Notes: generated from the sequence alone by a model not told the origin. A stretch of DNA of 51,879 nt from Candidatus Buchananbacteria bacterium RIFCSPLOWO2_01_FULL_39_33 (GCA_001817505.1 MHIM01000012.1:1-51879), one strand, 5' to 3'. Shown: positions 8,480-17,643, numbered from the stretch's first letter. Made by a program: numbers and translations.

Positions 8480-9772
8480 ATGAAATCCGAGGTTAAAAAA
8501 TTAGCCAAGTCGCAGGTGGAAATAACCATTGAAGTGGCAGTTGAGGAGATAAAGCCCTATTTGGCTAAAGCGGTCAGTAAAATTTCTAAGGAAATAAAAA
8601 TCGAGGGCTGGCGTCCCGGCAAAGCGCCTTATGAAATTATCAAGCAAAAAATTGGTGATATGGGCATTTTAGAGGCAGCGTTAGATGATATCATCTCAGC
8701 CACTTATTATGACGTTTTAAAAGAACAAAAAATTGTCACTATCGGCCAGCCGCAAATTGATATTGTTAAAATTGCCCCCGACAATCCTTTTGTCTACCAA
8801 GCGACAGCCGCGGTTTTGCCCAATGTTAAAATCGGCGACTATCAGAAAATTAAAATCAAAAAAGAACCGATTAAAATTAGCGATGAGCAAGTCAATAAAA
8901 TTTTAGCCGATATCAGGAAAATGCGGACTAAAGAAAAATTAACAGAACAGCCAGCTAAAACTGGCGACAAACTGGAAATAGATTTTGAAATTTTTTTGGA
9001 CGGCCTGCCCATTGAAAGGGGTCAGCACCAGAAATATCCGATTATTATCGGCGAGCATAAATTTATTCCCGGCTTTGAAGACCAGCTGGTTGGTTTAAAA
9101 GCCGGCAAGACCAAGGAATTCCAGCTTAGATTCCCGGAAAAATATTTTGCCAAGAAATTGGCCGATAAGGAAGCCGAGTTTAAGGTAAAATGTCAGGCGG
9201 TTTATGAAGTGGAATTGCCAGAGTTAAATGATGAACTGGCCAAGTCAATTTCGGCCGATAAATTCCAGACCCTGGCTGAACTCAAAAATAGTATCCGAGA
9301 AAATTTAGAAACCGAAGAAATCATTAAACAGGAACAAAGATTAGAAATTGAAATGCTGGATAAGTTGGTGGCTATTGCCGATTTTGAGGCTATTCCTGAT
9401 CTTTTAGTGGTCAGTGAAGTCCATAAAATGATCCAGGAGTTGGAGCACAGTCTAATCGACCAGGGCTTTGATTTTGCCGATTATTTGAAGAGTTTGAATA
9501 AAAGTGAAACTGACTTGAAGGAAGAGTTTAAACCTCAAGCCGAGAAAAGGGTGAAAATTGCTATTTTGACCAGAGAAATATTTTTAGAGAAAAATTTTGA
9601 AGTGCGTGAGGATGAACTGGCCAAAGAAATTGAAGCCGCTCTTAAAAATTATCCGGCTAATCCAGAAATCAAAAAACAATTGGCGAGTGAAACCTATCGG
9701 GATTACTTAAGGAATGTTTTGGGCAATAAAAAAGTGATTGAATTTTTGAAAAAAGAAATAATCAGTGATTAG
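8480..9772 (+). CDS. tig: trigger factor
   Basis: 430 aa. N-terminal ribosome-binding region (GWRPGKAP), central FKBP-type PPIase segment (FIPGFEDQLVGLKAGKTKEF), C-terminal helical arm. Confidence 0.9.
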   Translation: MKSEVKKLAKSQVEITIEVAVEEIKPYLAKAVSKISKEIKIEGWRPGKAPYEIIKQKIGDMGILEAALDDIISATYYDVLKEQKIVTIGQPQIDIVKIAPDNPFVYQATAAVLPNVKIGDYQKIKIKKEPIKISDEQVNKILADIRKMRTKEKLTEQPAKTGDKLEIDFEIFLDGLPIERGQHQKYPIIIGEHKFIPGFEDQLVGLKAGKTKEFQLRFPEKYFAKKLADKEAEFKVKCQAVYEVELPELNDELAKSISADKFQTLAELKNSIRENLETEEIIKQEQRLEIEMLDKLVAIADFEAIPDLLVVSEVHKMIQELEHSLIDQGFDFADYLKSLNKSETDLKEEFKPQAEKRVKIAILTREIFLEKNFEVREDELAKEIEAALKNYPANPEIKKQLASETYRDYLRNVLGNKKVIEFLKKEIISD

Positions 9773-9870
9773 TGCCACCAACGATTGACTAAAATATTTA
9801 ATTGTGCTAAAAATATTGGGTCATAGCACCTTAACATTCCAACCGCAACCAGCCGAAGGAGGGTAATAGT

Positions 9871-10788
9871 TTGAGCCAAAGAAAACAGACAACCATTCTT
9901 GATATTAATGATGTCAGCGAATTAACTCCCAAAATGTTAAAATCATGTCTTCAAAAGGCTGGGGAAAGGTTACGTTTTCATAATGTTTTACTTAATAGTG
10001 AAAGCAGAAAGGAAATTGTTGGAGATTTTTTTGCTAATTTCGATCACGGCCTAAGTCATTCCCAAGCTGTTTGGAACCGCTGCCAAGAAATTATCAGTCA
10101 ATCGTCTCTTCTTTGGAAGGTGGCTGTCGAGCAAGCTAACCGAGTCGGCCGTGACGGAAACCAGGCTCGGCAAGCTCTGCTCTTGGCTTCCATTTTTCAT
10201 GATTTAGGCAGATTTTTAGGATTTAGTTTTAGTACCCACGAAATAATTGGCGCGAAGTTAGCGGCCGCCATTAATCCTGATGACACGGGTTTTGCCAATG
10301 TACTCTATAATTTAATTATTCATCATGATTATGTTTGTCCGATTATCAATGGTTATGATTTTCCTTTTGAGGCAGTTTCTCCGCTGGCGGAAATTTTTCG
10401 TTTGGCTGACAAAACATCAAACTCTCCCAGTGAAGAGATTAGGCGGTATTATGAAGTTGGTCGGCGCTTAGCGCCCGATAAGCCATTATTTAAGCCCGAT
10501 ATTCCGGCTGAAGTCAGATTTGATTTTACCAACAGTTCTCCGGCCGGGAAGGATATGTTAACTTGGTTTTTACTGCTTTTTGCTCTGCAGTCAACTGATT
10601 TTCTTTACGGCGATACCCGCGATGCTTATGCTTATTGGGCCAGAGGGAAGAAAGAGGCATTGGAAGTTATTGGTGATTTGTGCCGCCAGGAAGAATATCT
10701 GGATGGCAGAACGCCGACTGAGCCCGAAGAAGCCATGGCGGTGGTGATTCGCTTCTGTCAAAAGCACAATTTAATTATTTCTGCCTAA
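9871..10788 (+). CDS. HD-domain phosphohydrolase-like protein
   Basis: TTG start 7 nt after GAAGGAGGG. LSHSQAV..., SIFHDLGRF (HD motif), IIHHDY, FRLADK. GC higher than surroundings. Confidence 0.6.
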   Translation: MSQRKQTTILDINDVSELTPKMLKSCLQKAGERLRFHNVLLNSESRKEIVGDFFANFDHGLSHSQAVWNRCQEIISQSSLLWKVAVEQANRVGRDGNQARQALLLASIFHDLGRFLGFSFSTHEIIGAKLAAAINPDDTGFANVLYNLIIHHDYVCPIINGYDFPFEAVSPLAEIFRLADKTSNSPSEEIRRYYEVGRRLAPDKPLFKPDIPAEVRFDFTNSSPAGKDMLTWFLLLFALQSTDFLYGDTRDAYAYWARGKKEALEVIGDLCRQEEYLDGRTPTEPEEAMAVVIRFCQKHNLIISA

Positions 10789-10934
10789 ACCAAACAATCC
10801 CGCTTTGATTTTATATCAGAGCGGTTTTTTTTAACTTAATATTTACTCATACTTTTTTTTCTAGTATTCTTTTGCCACCTTTTTTAGAAAAAATAAATTC
10901 TTCTGGAACCTTTTGGCCGCAAATATTTCTTTTT

Positions 10935-11127
10935 GCCACTTCTTTAGAAGAAGTGGCACAAAACTCCGAGCGATGAAAAATTTGGCGCTTCAAGTAAAAT
11001 TCTTTCCCCTCCTTTCCAAGGAGGGGCCTGCCTGCCGGCAGGCAGGTTGGGGGTGGTTGGCCGAAGTTTTAGGCAAACCCCTCTGTCTCCGCCAACTGGC
11101 GGATTCGTCTCCCCTTGGCAAGGGGAG
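10935..11127. repeat. cluster of GC-rich palindromes
   Basis: GCCACTTCT ttaga AGAAGTGGC (10935-10957); CCCCTCCTT tcc AAGGAGGGG (11006-11026); perfect 20-bp CCTGCCTGCCGGCAGGCAGG (11027-11046); CTCCCCTTGGCAAGGGGAG (11109-11127). The ORFs here overlap each other on both strands. Confidence 0.85.
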
Positions 11128-11248
11128 AATTAAAACTTTGTAACTCATTTTACTTATTATTTTCTCCAAATTTTTCAAATGCTCGCCTATTTATTTATAA
11201 ATTATTATAAATAATAAATCGAGCCTATGAAAAATTTGGTTTTTTATT

Positions 11249-11324
11249 GTCATTGCGAGGAACGAAGCAATCACACTTCAAACACATGAGATTGCTTCAA
11301 TCGCTTGATCTCTTTCGCAATGAC
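11249..11324. mobile_element. MITE-like palindromic element (no coding capacity)
   Basis: GTCATTGCGAGGAACGAAGCAATC (11249-11272) is mirrored by GATTGCTTC (11290-11298) and TCGCAATGAC (11315-11324). Partial copies at 8405 and 34777-34826. Confidence 0.55.
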
Positions 11325-11430
11325 AAATAAAAGTTAGAAAAAAGAAGATATTTCAAAGAATGTAAAAATTGCCAAAAACACCCAAATTTACTAAAATTAA
11401 AGTATCTCAATTATTAAATCATCATTATTT

Positions 11431-12165
11431 ATGTCGAAAATCGGCATCATTGGCGGTTCAGGATTGGATGATCCGCAGATTTTAAAAGAACCGCAAATCA
11501 AAGAAGTGGGCACTAAATTCGGCCGTCCTTCATCAGCTTTAACTATCGGAAAAATCGAAGGAGTGGAAGTGGTAATTTTAGCCCGCCATGGCAAGGAGCA
11601 TAGTATTATGCCAACTAAAGTTAATTTTTTAGCCAATATCATGGCGCTAAAAAATGAGGGCTGTACTCATATTCTGGCTGCTACCGCCGTTGGATCTCTT
11701 CGAGAAGAAATCAAGCCCGGCAACTTGGTTTTTCCCAATCAGTTTATTGATTTTACCCGCCAGCGCCATTTGACTTTTTTTACCGATAAAGTTATCCATA
11801 CGCCCATGTCCGAGCCCTATGACATTATGTTACGTAGCTTGCTACGTAACACTTGTGATGAGTTGGGCTATGCTTACAACAGCGAGGTGACTGTCATTAC
11901 CATTGAGGGACCAAGGTTTTCTACCAAAGCCGAGAGTTTAATGTTTAGAAATTGGGGCGCCGATATTATCAATATGTCCACTTGCCCGGAAGTAATTTTA
12001 GCCAATGAGCTTAACATTCCCTATCAGACCATAGCTATGTCCACCGATTATGATTGCTGGAAGGAAAGTGAGGCGCCGGTAACTTTTGAGATGGTGATGC
12101 AAACCATGAAAGCCAATGCCGAAAAAGTTAAACAATTATTAATCAAGGTGATTCCCAAGATTTAG
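11431..12165 (+). CDS. mtnP: S-methyl-5'-thioadenosine phosphorylase / purine nucleoside phosphorylase family 2
   Basis: IGIIGGSGL N-terminus, ARHGKEH, ATAVGSLREE, INMSTCPE. TTGCCA-17-TAAAAT promoter upstream. Confidence 0.88.
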   Translation: MSKIGIIGGSGLDDPQILKEPQIKEVGTKFGRPSSALTIGKIEGVEVVILARHGKEHSIMPTKVNFLANIMALKNEGCTHILAATAVGSLREEIKPGNLVFPNQFIDFTRQRHLTFFTDKVIHTPMSEPYDIMLRSLLRNTCDELGYAYNSEVTVITIEGPRFSTKAESLMFRNWGADIINMSTCPEVILANELNIPYQTIAMSTDYDCWKESEAPVTFEMVMQTMKANAEKVKQLLIKVIPKI

Positions 12166-12335
12166 AAATTAGAAATAGGAAATAGGAAATTAGGGAATTA
12201 ATAAAATAAGAATATAAGAATTTTCAATTTACAATTTACATTACATTCTCAAGAAGCCAATTTAAAAATTATTTGAAAATTAGAAATTAAAAATTATTTA
12301 AAAATTGAAAATTGGAAATTAAAAATTGAAAAGAT

Positions 12336-12863
12336 ATGCCCATCAAATCCCGAATCCGCACGGTCGCTGATTGGCCCAAAAAGGGCGTGATGTTTCGCGA
12401 TATTACCACTCTTTTAAAAGACCCAATCGGTTTGAAATTATGTTTGGATAATTTTTTAGAGCGTTATCAAAATAAAGACATTGATGTTGTTGTCGGCATA
12501 GATTCAAGAGGTTTTATCTTAGGCGGCGCTCTGGCTTATGAGTTAAACAAGGGTTTTGTCCCAGTCAGAAAAAAAGGCAAATTACCAGCCGAAGTGGAAA
12601 GCGAGGAATACGCCTTAGAGTATGGCACTGATGTTATTGAAATCCACAAAGATGCCATTACTCTCGGCCAGAAAGTTTTAATCATTGATGATTTGATTGC
12701 CACCGGTGGCACCGCTTTGGCTGCGGCCAATTTAGTCAAAAAATTGGGCGGGGAAATAATAGAACTGGCTTTTATTGTTGATCTGCCGGATTTAGGCGGC
12801 GGTAAAAAATTAAAAGAAGCTGGTTTTAATTATTACAGTCAGACAGCTTTTGCGGGGGAATAA
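12336..12863 (+). CDS. apt: adenine phosphoribosyltransferase
   Basis: 175 aa. FRDITTLL and the PRPP-binding loop [17 protein letters not shown]. Confidence 0.93.
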   Translation: MPIKSRIRTVADWPKKGVMFRDITTLLKDPIGLKLCLDNFLERYQNKDIDVVVGIDSRGFILGGALAYELNKGFVPVRKKGKLPAEVESEEYALEYGTDVIEIHKDAITLGQKVLIIDDLIATGGTALAAANLVKKLGGEIIELAFIVDLPDLGGGKKLKEAGFNYYSQTAFAGE

Positions 12864-12873
12864 ATATTTCAAT

Positions 12874-13713
12874 ATGCATATAGGCGCACACATTTCGGCG
12901 GCTGGCGATGTTACCTTAGCGCCAGAGCGATCTAAAAAAATCGGTGGCGAATGCTGCCAATTTTTTTCCCGTCCGCCCCAAGGCGGTAAAGGCAAAGAGC
13001 TGACTGAAGCCATTGGTCAAAAATTTAAAGCCAATATGAAAAAATACGGCCAAGCGGCCGCTTATATTCACGCGCCTTATTACCTTAATTTTGCTTCACT
13101 AAATAACCGGATTTATTATGGGTCAATCAGCGTCATCCGAGCTGAATTAGAACGGGGCAATATTTTGGGAGTAAAAGCTCTAATGTTTCATCCCGGCAGT
13201 TACAAGGAAGCGGGAGAAAAAAAGGGACTGAAATTAGTTTGCGAGGGCTTAGAAAAAGTCTTGAATGACTATCAGGGAAAAACTGAATTACTGATTGAAA
13301 TGTCGGCTGGCGCCGGCGCTATTATCGGCGATACTTATGAAGAAATAGATAAAATCATCAATTCCAAAGAATTGAAAAAATATAAAATCGGAATTTGCTT
13401 TGACACCGCCCATGCCTTTGCCAGCGGCTATGATTTAAGGGCTGAAGCGGCAGTCAAAAAAACTTTTTCCGATTTTGATAAAGTGTTAGGTTATAAAAAT
13501 TTAAAACTGATTCACGCCAATGATTCCAAAGTGGAATTAAATGCCAAAAAAGATCGCCACGAGCATATCGGCCAGGGCCAAATCGGCTTGGTCGGTTTTC
13601 AAGCGATTGTAAATTTTGCCAAAGCCAAAAAAATTGATTTGATTTTAGAAACCCCTGACTTAGCAGGCAGGAAAAAAGATATTGAAATTTTGAAAAAATT
13701 AAGAAATAATTAA
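12874..13713 (+). CDS. nfo: endonuclease IV
   Basis: MHIGAHIS start, HAPYYLN, HPGS, CFDTAHAFASGYD, HANDSK..DRHEHIGQGQIG (metal ligands). ATG 12874 preferred over the overlapping upstream start 12850. Confidence 0.92.
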   Translation: MHIGAHISAAGDVTLAPERSKKIGGECCQFFSRPPQGGKGKELTEAIGQKFKANMKKYGQAAAYIHAPYYLNFASLNNRIYYGSISVIRAELERGNILGVKALMFHPGSYKEAGEKKGLKLVCEGLEKVLNDYQGKTELLIEMSAGAGAIIGDTYEEIDKIINSKELKKYKIGICFDTAHAFASGYDLRAEAAVKKTFSDFDKVLGYKNLKLIHANDSKVELNAKKDRHEHIGQGQIGLVGFQAIVNFAKAKKIDLILETPDLAGRKKDIEILKKLRNN

Positions 13714-13726
13714 ATAAGAAACAAAA

Positions 13727-13841
13727 TACAAGATACAAAAAAGATACAATAACCAATAATTAAATATCAAAAAATAATTAAAAATAAATTTTGAATATTA
13801 GAATTTGAAATTTGATATTTATCTGTAACTTGTATCTTGTA
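13727..13841. repeat. nested AT-rich inverted repeats (long hairpin/cruciform) in the spacer
   Basis: TACAAGATACAA (13727-13738) pairs with TTGTATCTTGTA (13830-13841), and AAATATCAAA (13762-13771) with TTTGATATTT (13811-13820). Both pairs are perfect. Confidence 0.7.
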
Positions 13842-13882
13842 TCCTTAATATTTATATATCTCACTCCTTTCTATTTTTATAT

Positions 13883-14413
13883 ATGAGAATAGCTATAATA
13901 TCCGATTCCCATGATAATATTGTTAATACGGAAAAATTTTTAGCTTGGGCCAATGAAAATGAAATTGCCATCATTATCCATTGCGGCGATGTTTCAGCTC
14001 CCTCAATGATAAAAAAAGTTATGGTGCCAATGTTTTCTGGGCCGATTCATTTAGTTCATGGCAATGTCTCGGATCGAAAATTACTGAAAAAAATTTGCGC
14101 TGAATTTAAAAATGTCACTTTGCACGGCGATGAAGGTGAAATAGAAATAGGGCGGGATATCCCCCTTCAGGCCGGGGGAGAAAAAATGAAAATCGCTTTT
14201 TGTCATTTTCCCGAACGAGCCAAGAAGCTGGCTCAAAGTGGCCAGTATAATTTAGTTTTTTACGGCCACACCCATAAACCCTGGATAGAAAATATCAATA
14301 AAACAATTTTAGCCAATCCTGGTACTTTGGGCGGCCTGTTTCAAAAAGCGACTTTTGCGATTTTTGACACCACCACCAAAAATTTGGATTTAAAAGTTTT
14401 AGAAGATATTTAA
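13883..14413 (+). CDS. YfcE/MJ0936-family metallophosphoesterase
   Basis: ISDSHDN, HCGD, HGN and GHTH motifs in canonical order. Contains a GC-rich insert coding GRDIPLQAGGE. Confidence 0.85.
   Translation: MRIAIISDSHDNIVNTEKFLAWANENEIAIIIHCGDVSAPSMIKKVMVPMFSGPIHLVHGNVSDRKLLKKICAEFKNVTLHGDEGEIEIGRDIPLQAGGEKMKIAFCHFPERAKKLAQSGQYNLVFYGHTHKPWIENINKTILANPGTLGGLFQKATFAIFDTTTKNLDLKVLEDI
14150..14180. repeat. GC-rich hairpin element in frame inside the phosphoesterase gene
   Basis: GGGATATCCC perfect palindrome (14154-14163), and CCCCC (14161-14165) pairing with GGGGG (14174-14178). Local GC far above the gene background. Confidence 0.7.
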
Positions 14414-14415
14414 GT

Positions 14416-14646
14416 ATGACAGCCAAAAGAATCATTATTGAAGTTAAACCCAATGCCAAAGAAATTAAAGTTGAAAAAATAACTGATAATATTTATAAAA
14501 TCAAACTCACTGCTTCACCTATTGGCGGGCAAGCCAACCGGCAATTAATTGAAGTTTTAGCCCAATATTGGGGAGTGGCTAAAAGCCAAGTGGAGATAAA
14601 ATCCGGCAGAAACAGCAAAAGTAAGGTGTTAATAATATATGGATAA
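14416..14646 (+). CDS. DUF167 (YggU-like) protein
   Basis: 76 aa. VKPNAK...LTASPIGGQANRQLIEVLA...VEIKSGRNSKSK matches the UPF0235/DUF167 pattern. Confidence 0.8.
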   Translation: MTAKRIIIEVKPNAKEIKVEKITDNIYKIKLTASPIGGQANRQLIEVLAQYWGVAKSQVEIKSGRNSKSKVLIIYG

Positions 14647-14766
14647 CTAAGAGTTGATAATCAATCTAATTTCTTATATAATGCCACTGGATTATTGATG
14701 ACTGGCGGTGGTTATGGAAAATTTCGCTAAAATAAGCGATTTTTTGTTTATTTTCAATATAAACCC

Positions 14767-14795
14767 TTGACATTAAAGATTAATTTTGCTAAAAT
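14767..14795 (+). promoter_or_regulatory. near-consensus sigma70 promoter of the long noncoding unit
   Basis: TTGACA (14767-14772), 17-nt spacer, TAAAAT (14790-14795). Confidence 0.65.
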
Positions 14796-14801
14796 TATAA
14801 G

Positions 14802-15243
14802 TTAAATGTTAAAAATAATATCCACAGCTCTGCAGGCACGACAAGCATAGGAATTATAAAAAGGATTATTTTGGTTTCGACTGGAATTTTTCCTTTAAGT
14901 AATTTCTTGTCTGCAGGGTCGTGGATAGTATTTGCTAATCTGTAGGTCTTGTACAAAAACAATTTGTCACCTTCCATTTGAGAAAGTTTTTATCTCTTTT
15001 TCTCATTCCGCGAACCTGCCTGCCGGCGCAGGCCAGAGCGGAAATTACGCTTAGGTGGGCTGCTACGGCTAGGCACGACAAGCATGGGAATTTTTCTAAG
15101 CTCTTTTGGGGCTTCGGCTCGAAAACTGCTTGGCAGAATTTTTCTTGCCTGGCCATAAAAGCCCAACTAAGTATTAATAGACCTACAGATTAGTGGATAT
15201 TATAAAATCCACCCCGATATCACATCGGGGTGGATTTGTTTTT
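14802..15243 (+). ncRNA. unclassified large structured RNA (about 440 nt) with internal duplication
   Basis: Promoter and strong terminator bracket about 440 nt with no credible ORF. Perfect 15-bp long-range helix CTAATCTGTAGGTCT (14935-14949)/AGACCTACAGATTAG (15179-15193). Hairpin of about 115 nt (14817-14930) has G-U pairs valid only on the + strand. cUUCGg tetraloop hairpin at 15108-15120. 22-nt direct repeat AGGCACGACAAGCATRGGAATT (14834-14855, 15071-15092). Confidence 0.6.
15207..15243. terminator. strong bidirectional intrinsic terminator
   Basis: ATCCACCCCGAT (15207-15218) pairs with ATCGGGGTGGAT (15224-15235), followed by TTGTTTTT. Also lies just downstream of the minus-strand gene ending at 15248. 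Confidence 0.85.
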
Positions 15244-15247
15244 GAGA

Positions 15248-15685
15248 TTATATTTTATGTCGCCAGACCTCTTCAATTTCTCTCTGATTCTTAAAAGTAT
15301 AATGATGGCTTTTTATTTTTCCAGTTTTAGAATCATTACTAACGGCTTTCTTATCGCCCAAATAGAAACCAATATGCTGATGATTATTTTTTGCCTGCCA
15401 GATGATAATATCACCAGGCGAAATTTTGTTTTTTGTTATTTTTTCCCAGCCGGAATTTTCCAGGTCTTTTATGGTACCAGTTACTGTTAAGTGCAAATTG
15501 CCTATTAAATCAAAAATTTTTAAAATTGAAGAAACAAAATAGGCGCAGGCCAAATCACCGTTTTGAGTAAGATTTTTTTTCCGGCCATTGATTAAGCCAT
15601 AGGCCTGACGCCAAGTCGTGCCGCCGATACTATTCTTTATTAAAACCAAATAATTGTCTTTTTTAATAATGGTTATTTTTTCCAT
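15248..15685 (-). CDS. NlpC/P60- or CHAP-like cysteine peptidase (probable cell-wall hydrolase)
   Basis: 145 aa. Candidate catalytic Cys (DLACAYFVSSIL) and His (HQHIGFYLG) in papain-like order. Adjacent to the VanW-domain gene. Confidence 0.5.
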   Translation of the reverse strand: MEKITIIKKDNYLVLIKNSIGGTTWRQAYGLINGRKKNLTQNGDLACAYFVSSILKIFDLIGNLHLTVTGTIKDLENSGWEKITKNKISPGDIIIWQAKNNHQHIGFYLGDKKAVSNDSKTGKIKSHHYTFKNQREIEEVWRHKI

Positions 15686-15686
15686 T

Positions 15687-17642
15687 TTAGAGGATTAAAA
15701 TTTCATCGGTAGTGGTGGCATTATCCGGACTCAAAGTCTCGACGCCGATTAAGCAGACCGCCTGCCAGGGCTTATAGTGGGAAGTAAAAGTGGTTTTATC
15801 AACTTTACCGTTAGCGTAAGTGATAGTGTAATCAAAGGTAGCATCAACGCCTTTATGGGCGGCTTCGGTGCATTTTTTGGCGCCGACCGGTATATCGGTG
15901 CTTTCAACATATTTGGTTGGCGGCGGCGCCACCCAATTCCAAACCCGAGGCGTGGTTCTGGCCATTTTCCGGCCATCTTTAGTTCCCCAAAAATCAAAAT
16001 AAAGATGATCGCCTTCAATTCTGGTTTGAATTAAAATATAATTGCCAGTGTCATTGATGAATTTTAAATCAGGCGCCGGGTTGTAAATAGTAGCATCGGT
16101 ACCGGGCAGGCCGTTTTCCAAATAATAGCTGACACTATAAGAATGACTGCGCCGGGCGGTAATCGGTAAACCAGATTCCAAAGCTGCGCGAAAAACGGTA
16201 GTGCCTATTTGGCAGAGACCGCCGCCGTATTCAGGCACGGTTTTATTGCCCTTGATCACCAATTCCTGTTTATAACCGTGTTCGCCATCAATTTCTCCCA
16301 AGGCCTTTAGCAGCGAAAATTCTTCTCCCGGCTTAATTAAGATACCGTGCAATTTATTAGCGCCGGTTTTAATGTTATGGCGCCGATTAACCGGACTGCC
16401 AGTAAAGTTGGAATGGCCAGTGCCGATTATTTCTTTGATGCCCAGATCATTAATGTCTTCAGTCAGGATTTTGGGCGAGGTGGTATCAACTACTATTTCT
16501 ATTTTTAAATTGCCCTGGTTTAGATAAGGGTTTATTTTTTTATAGGTCTCTGCCAAATTAACGGTCTGGCCGTCGCGATGGACCTCAAATTTAGTGACTT
16601 TGCCGTCAGCGATTTCAATAGTCGCGTCTTTAGGTTCAATATTAATTTGGGAGGAAATATTTTTCAAGAGCCAAGCGGCAAATTTTTCTTGATTTAAGCC
16701 GACAATAATATTATTATTGTCGTCTGCCGGCCCGGTCGGCGCCGGCCGGGCAGACCAGCCTTTTTGAAATTCCAGCATTGAGCCAAGATCTGGCTTGGTT
16801 AGCGGCCATTTATGGTCGCCATAAAATAATTCTGGCGTGGTGGTGGTTAAAACTTGCCTGACTAAATCTTCTTTATTGATCACTTCGGCTAAGCGTACCA
16901 AAGGACTGACGGGCATTTTTTCTATTTCTATCGGTTCATTTTTTAATTGACTCAAATTATTTTTTATTTTAGCAATAGCATCATCATAGTTTATAGTAAC
17001 GCCTGCCTGTTCTGGTAAAAATTCCAGCCTATAATCATTGCCTTGCCAATCAACTTTAATGACTGGATTTTGAGCAATAGTTTCTAATTCAGAGAGACCT
17101 TGTTTGATCAGTAACCTCATCATTAACTCATCCAAAGAAAACTTGGCTTCAAAATATTTATCTTGGGAAAGCATTTTTATTTGAGTAATCAGGTTTTGCC
17201 ACCAGGACCCTCGGCGGCCGAAAGCCAAGGCCTCTTTAATGGTTTTGGCATTATCAAATCTTAGAAGCTGGCGTGACAGGTCAGGATCATTTAAAGCATC
17301 AATGGCTGGAGTAATTTTCAAATAAGAGTTGCCGTTGTTTTTGTAAATTATTCTGATTTCCTGCTTTTCCAATTTTTCCGTCAGCTGATTGATAACCGCC
17401 AGGGCTTCTTGAGAAGTCAAACCCGCCAAACCGACATCGCCCAAGCGACTGCCGGGGAAAAATTTATTTTGGTATTTTAACTCATAAGCCAAAACCGCCG
17501 AGCTCAAAATCAGCATTATAACAAAAACAGCGACTATAATAGTAATTATTAGCCACCGCCTTTTTATTTTTGCGTAAATCTTGTTTTCAATGACACCCTT
17601 AAGGTCATTTAAATGTTTTTGGGGTTGGAAATTAATAGGCAT
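15687..17642 (-). CDS. VanW-domain protein with N-terminal membrane anchor
   Basis: GGGLCQIGTTVFRAALESGLPITARRSHS is the VanW core; one N-terminal TM helix. ATG at 17642 (MPINF) preferred; the longer track start overlaps the hsp20 coding end. Confidence 0.8.
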   Translation of the reverse strand: MPINFQPQKHLNDLKGVIENKIYAKIKRRWLIITIIVAVFVIMLILSSAVLAYELKYQNKFFPGSRLGDVGLAGLTSQEALAVINQLTEKLEKQEIRIIYKNNGNSYLKITPAIDALNDPDLSRQLLRFDNAKTIKEALAFGRRGSWWQNLITQIKMLSQDKYFEAKFSLDELMMRLLIKQGLSELETIAQNPVIKVDWQGNDYRLEFLPEQAGVTINYDDAIAKIKNNLSQLKNEPIEIEKMPVSPLVRLAEVINKEDLVRQVLTTTTPELFYGDHKWPLTKPDLGSMLEFQKGWSARPAPTGPADDNNNIIVGLNQEKFAAWLLKNISSQINIEPKDATIEIADGKVTKFEVHRDGQTVNLAETYKKINPYLNQGNLKIEIVVDTTSPKILTEDINDLGIKEIIGTGHSNFTGSPVNRRHNIKTGANKLHGILIKPGEEFSLLKALGEIDGEHGYKQELVIKGNKTVPEYGGGLCQIGTTVFRAALESGLPITARRSHSYSVSYYLENGLPGTDATIYNPAPDLKFINDTGNYILIQTRIEGDHLYFDFWGTKDGRKMARTTPRVWNWVAPPPTKYVESTDIPVGAKKCTEAAHKGVDATFDYTITYANGKVDKTTFTSHYKPWQAVCLIGVETLSPDNATTTDEILIL

Positions 17643-17643
17643 T

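Noticed and set aside
10913-11178. Track ORFs 10913-11143 (+) and 10990-11178 (-)
   Set aside because: Both are generated by GC-rich palindromes, so the same sequence reads open on both strands. There is no SD or plausible start context.
14795-15193. Track ORFs 14795-14977 (-), 14935-15156 (-), 14978-15193 (+)
   Set aside because: They are mutually overlapping, lack SD sequences, cross palindromic repeats and sit inside a promoter/terminator-delimited structured region.
14802-15243. RNase P RNA or tmRNA assignment for the 440-nt unit
   Set aside because: The minus strand has RNase P-like strings (AAAAAUUCCCAUGCUUG..CGUGCCUAGC, CCACGACCCUGCAGACAAGAAA), but no complementary P4 3' strand exists on that strand, and the promoter, UUCG tetraloop and G-U pairs favour the + strand. 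On the + strand GGAUUAUUUUGGUUUCGAC resembles a tmRNA 5' end, but there is no G3-U pair, no T arm and no proper acceptor 3' strand.
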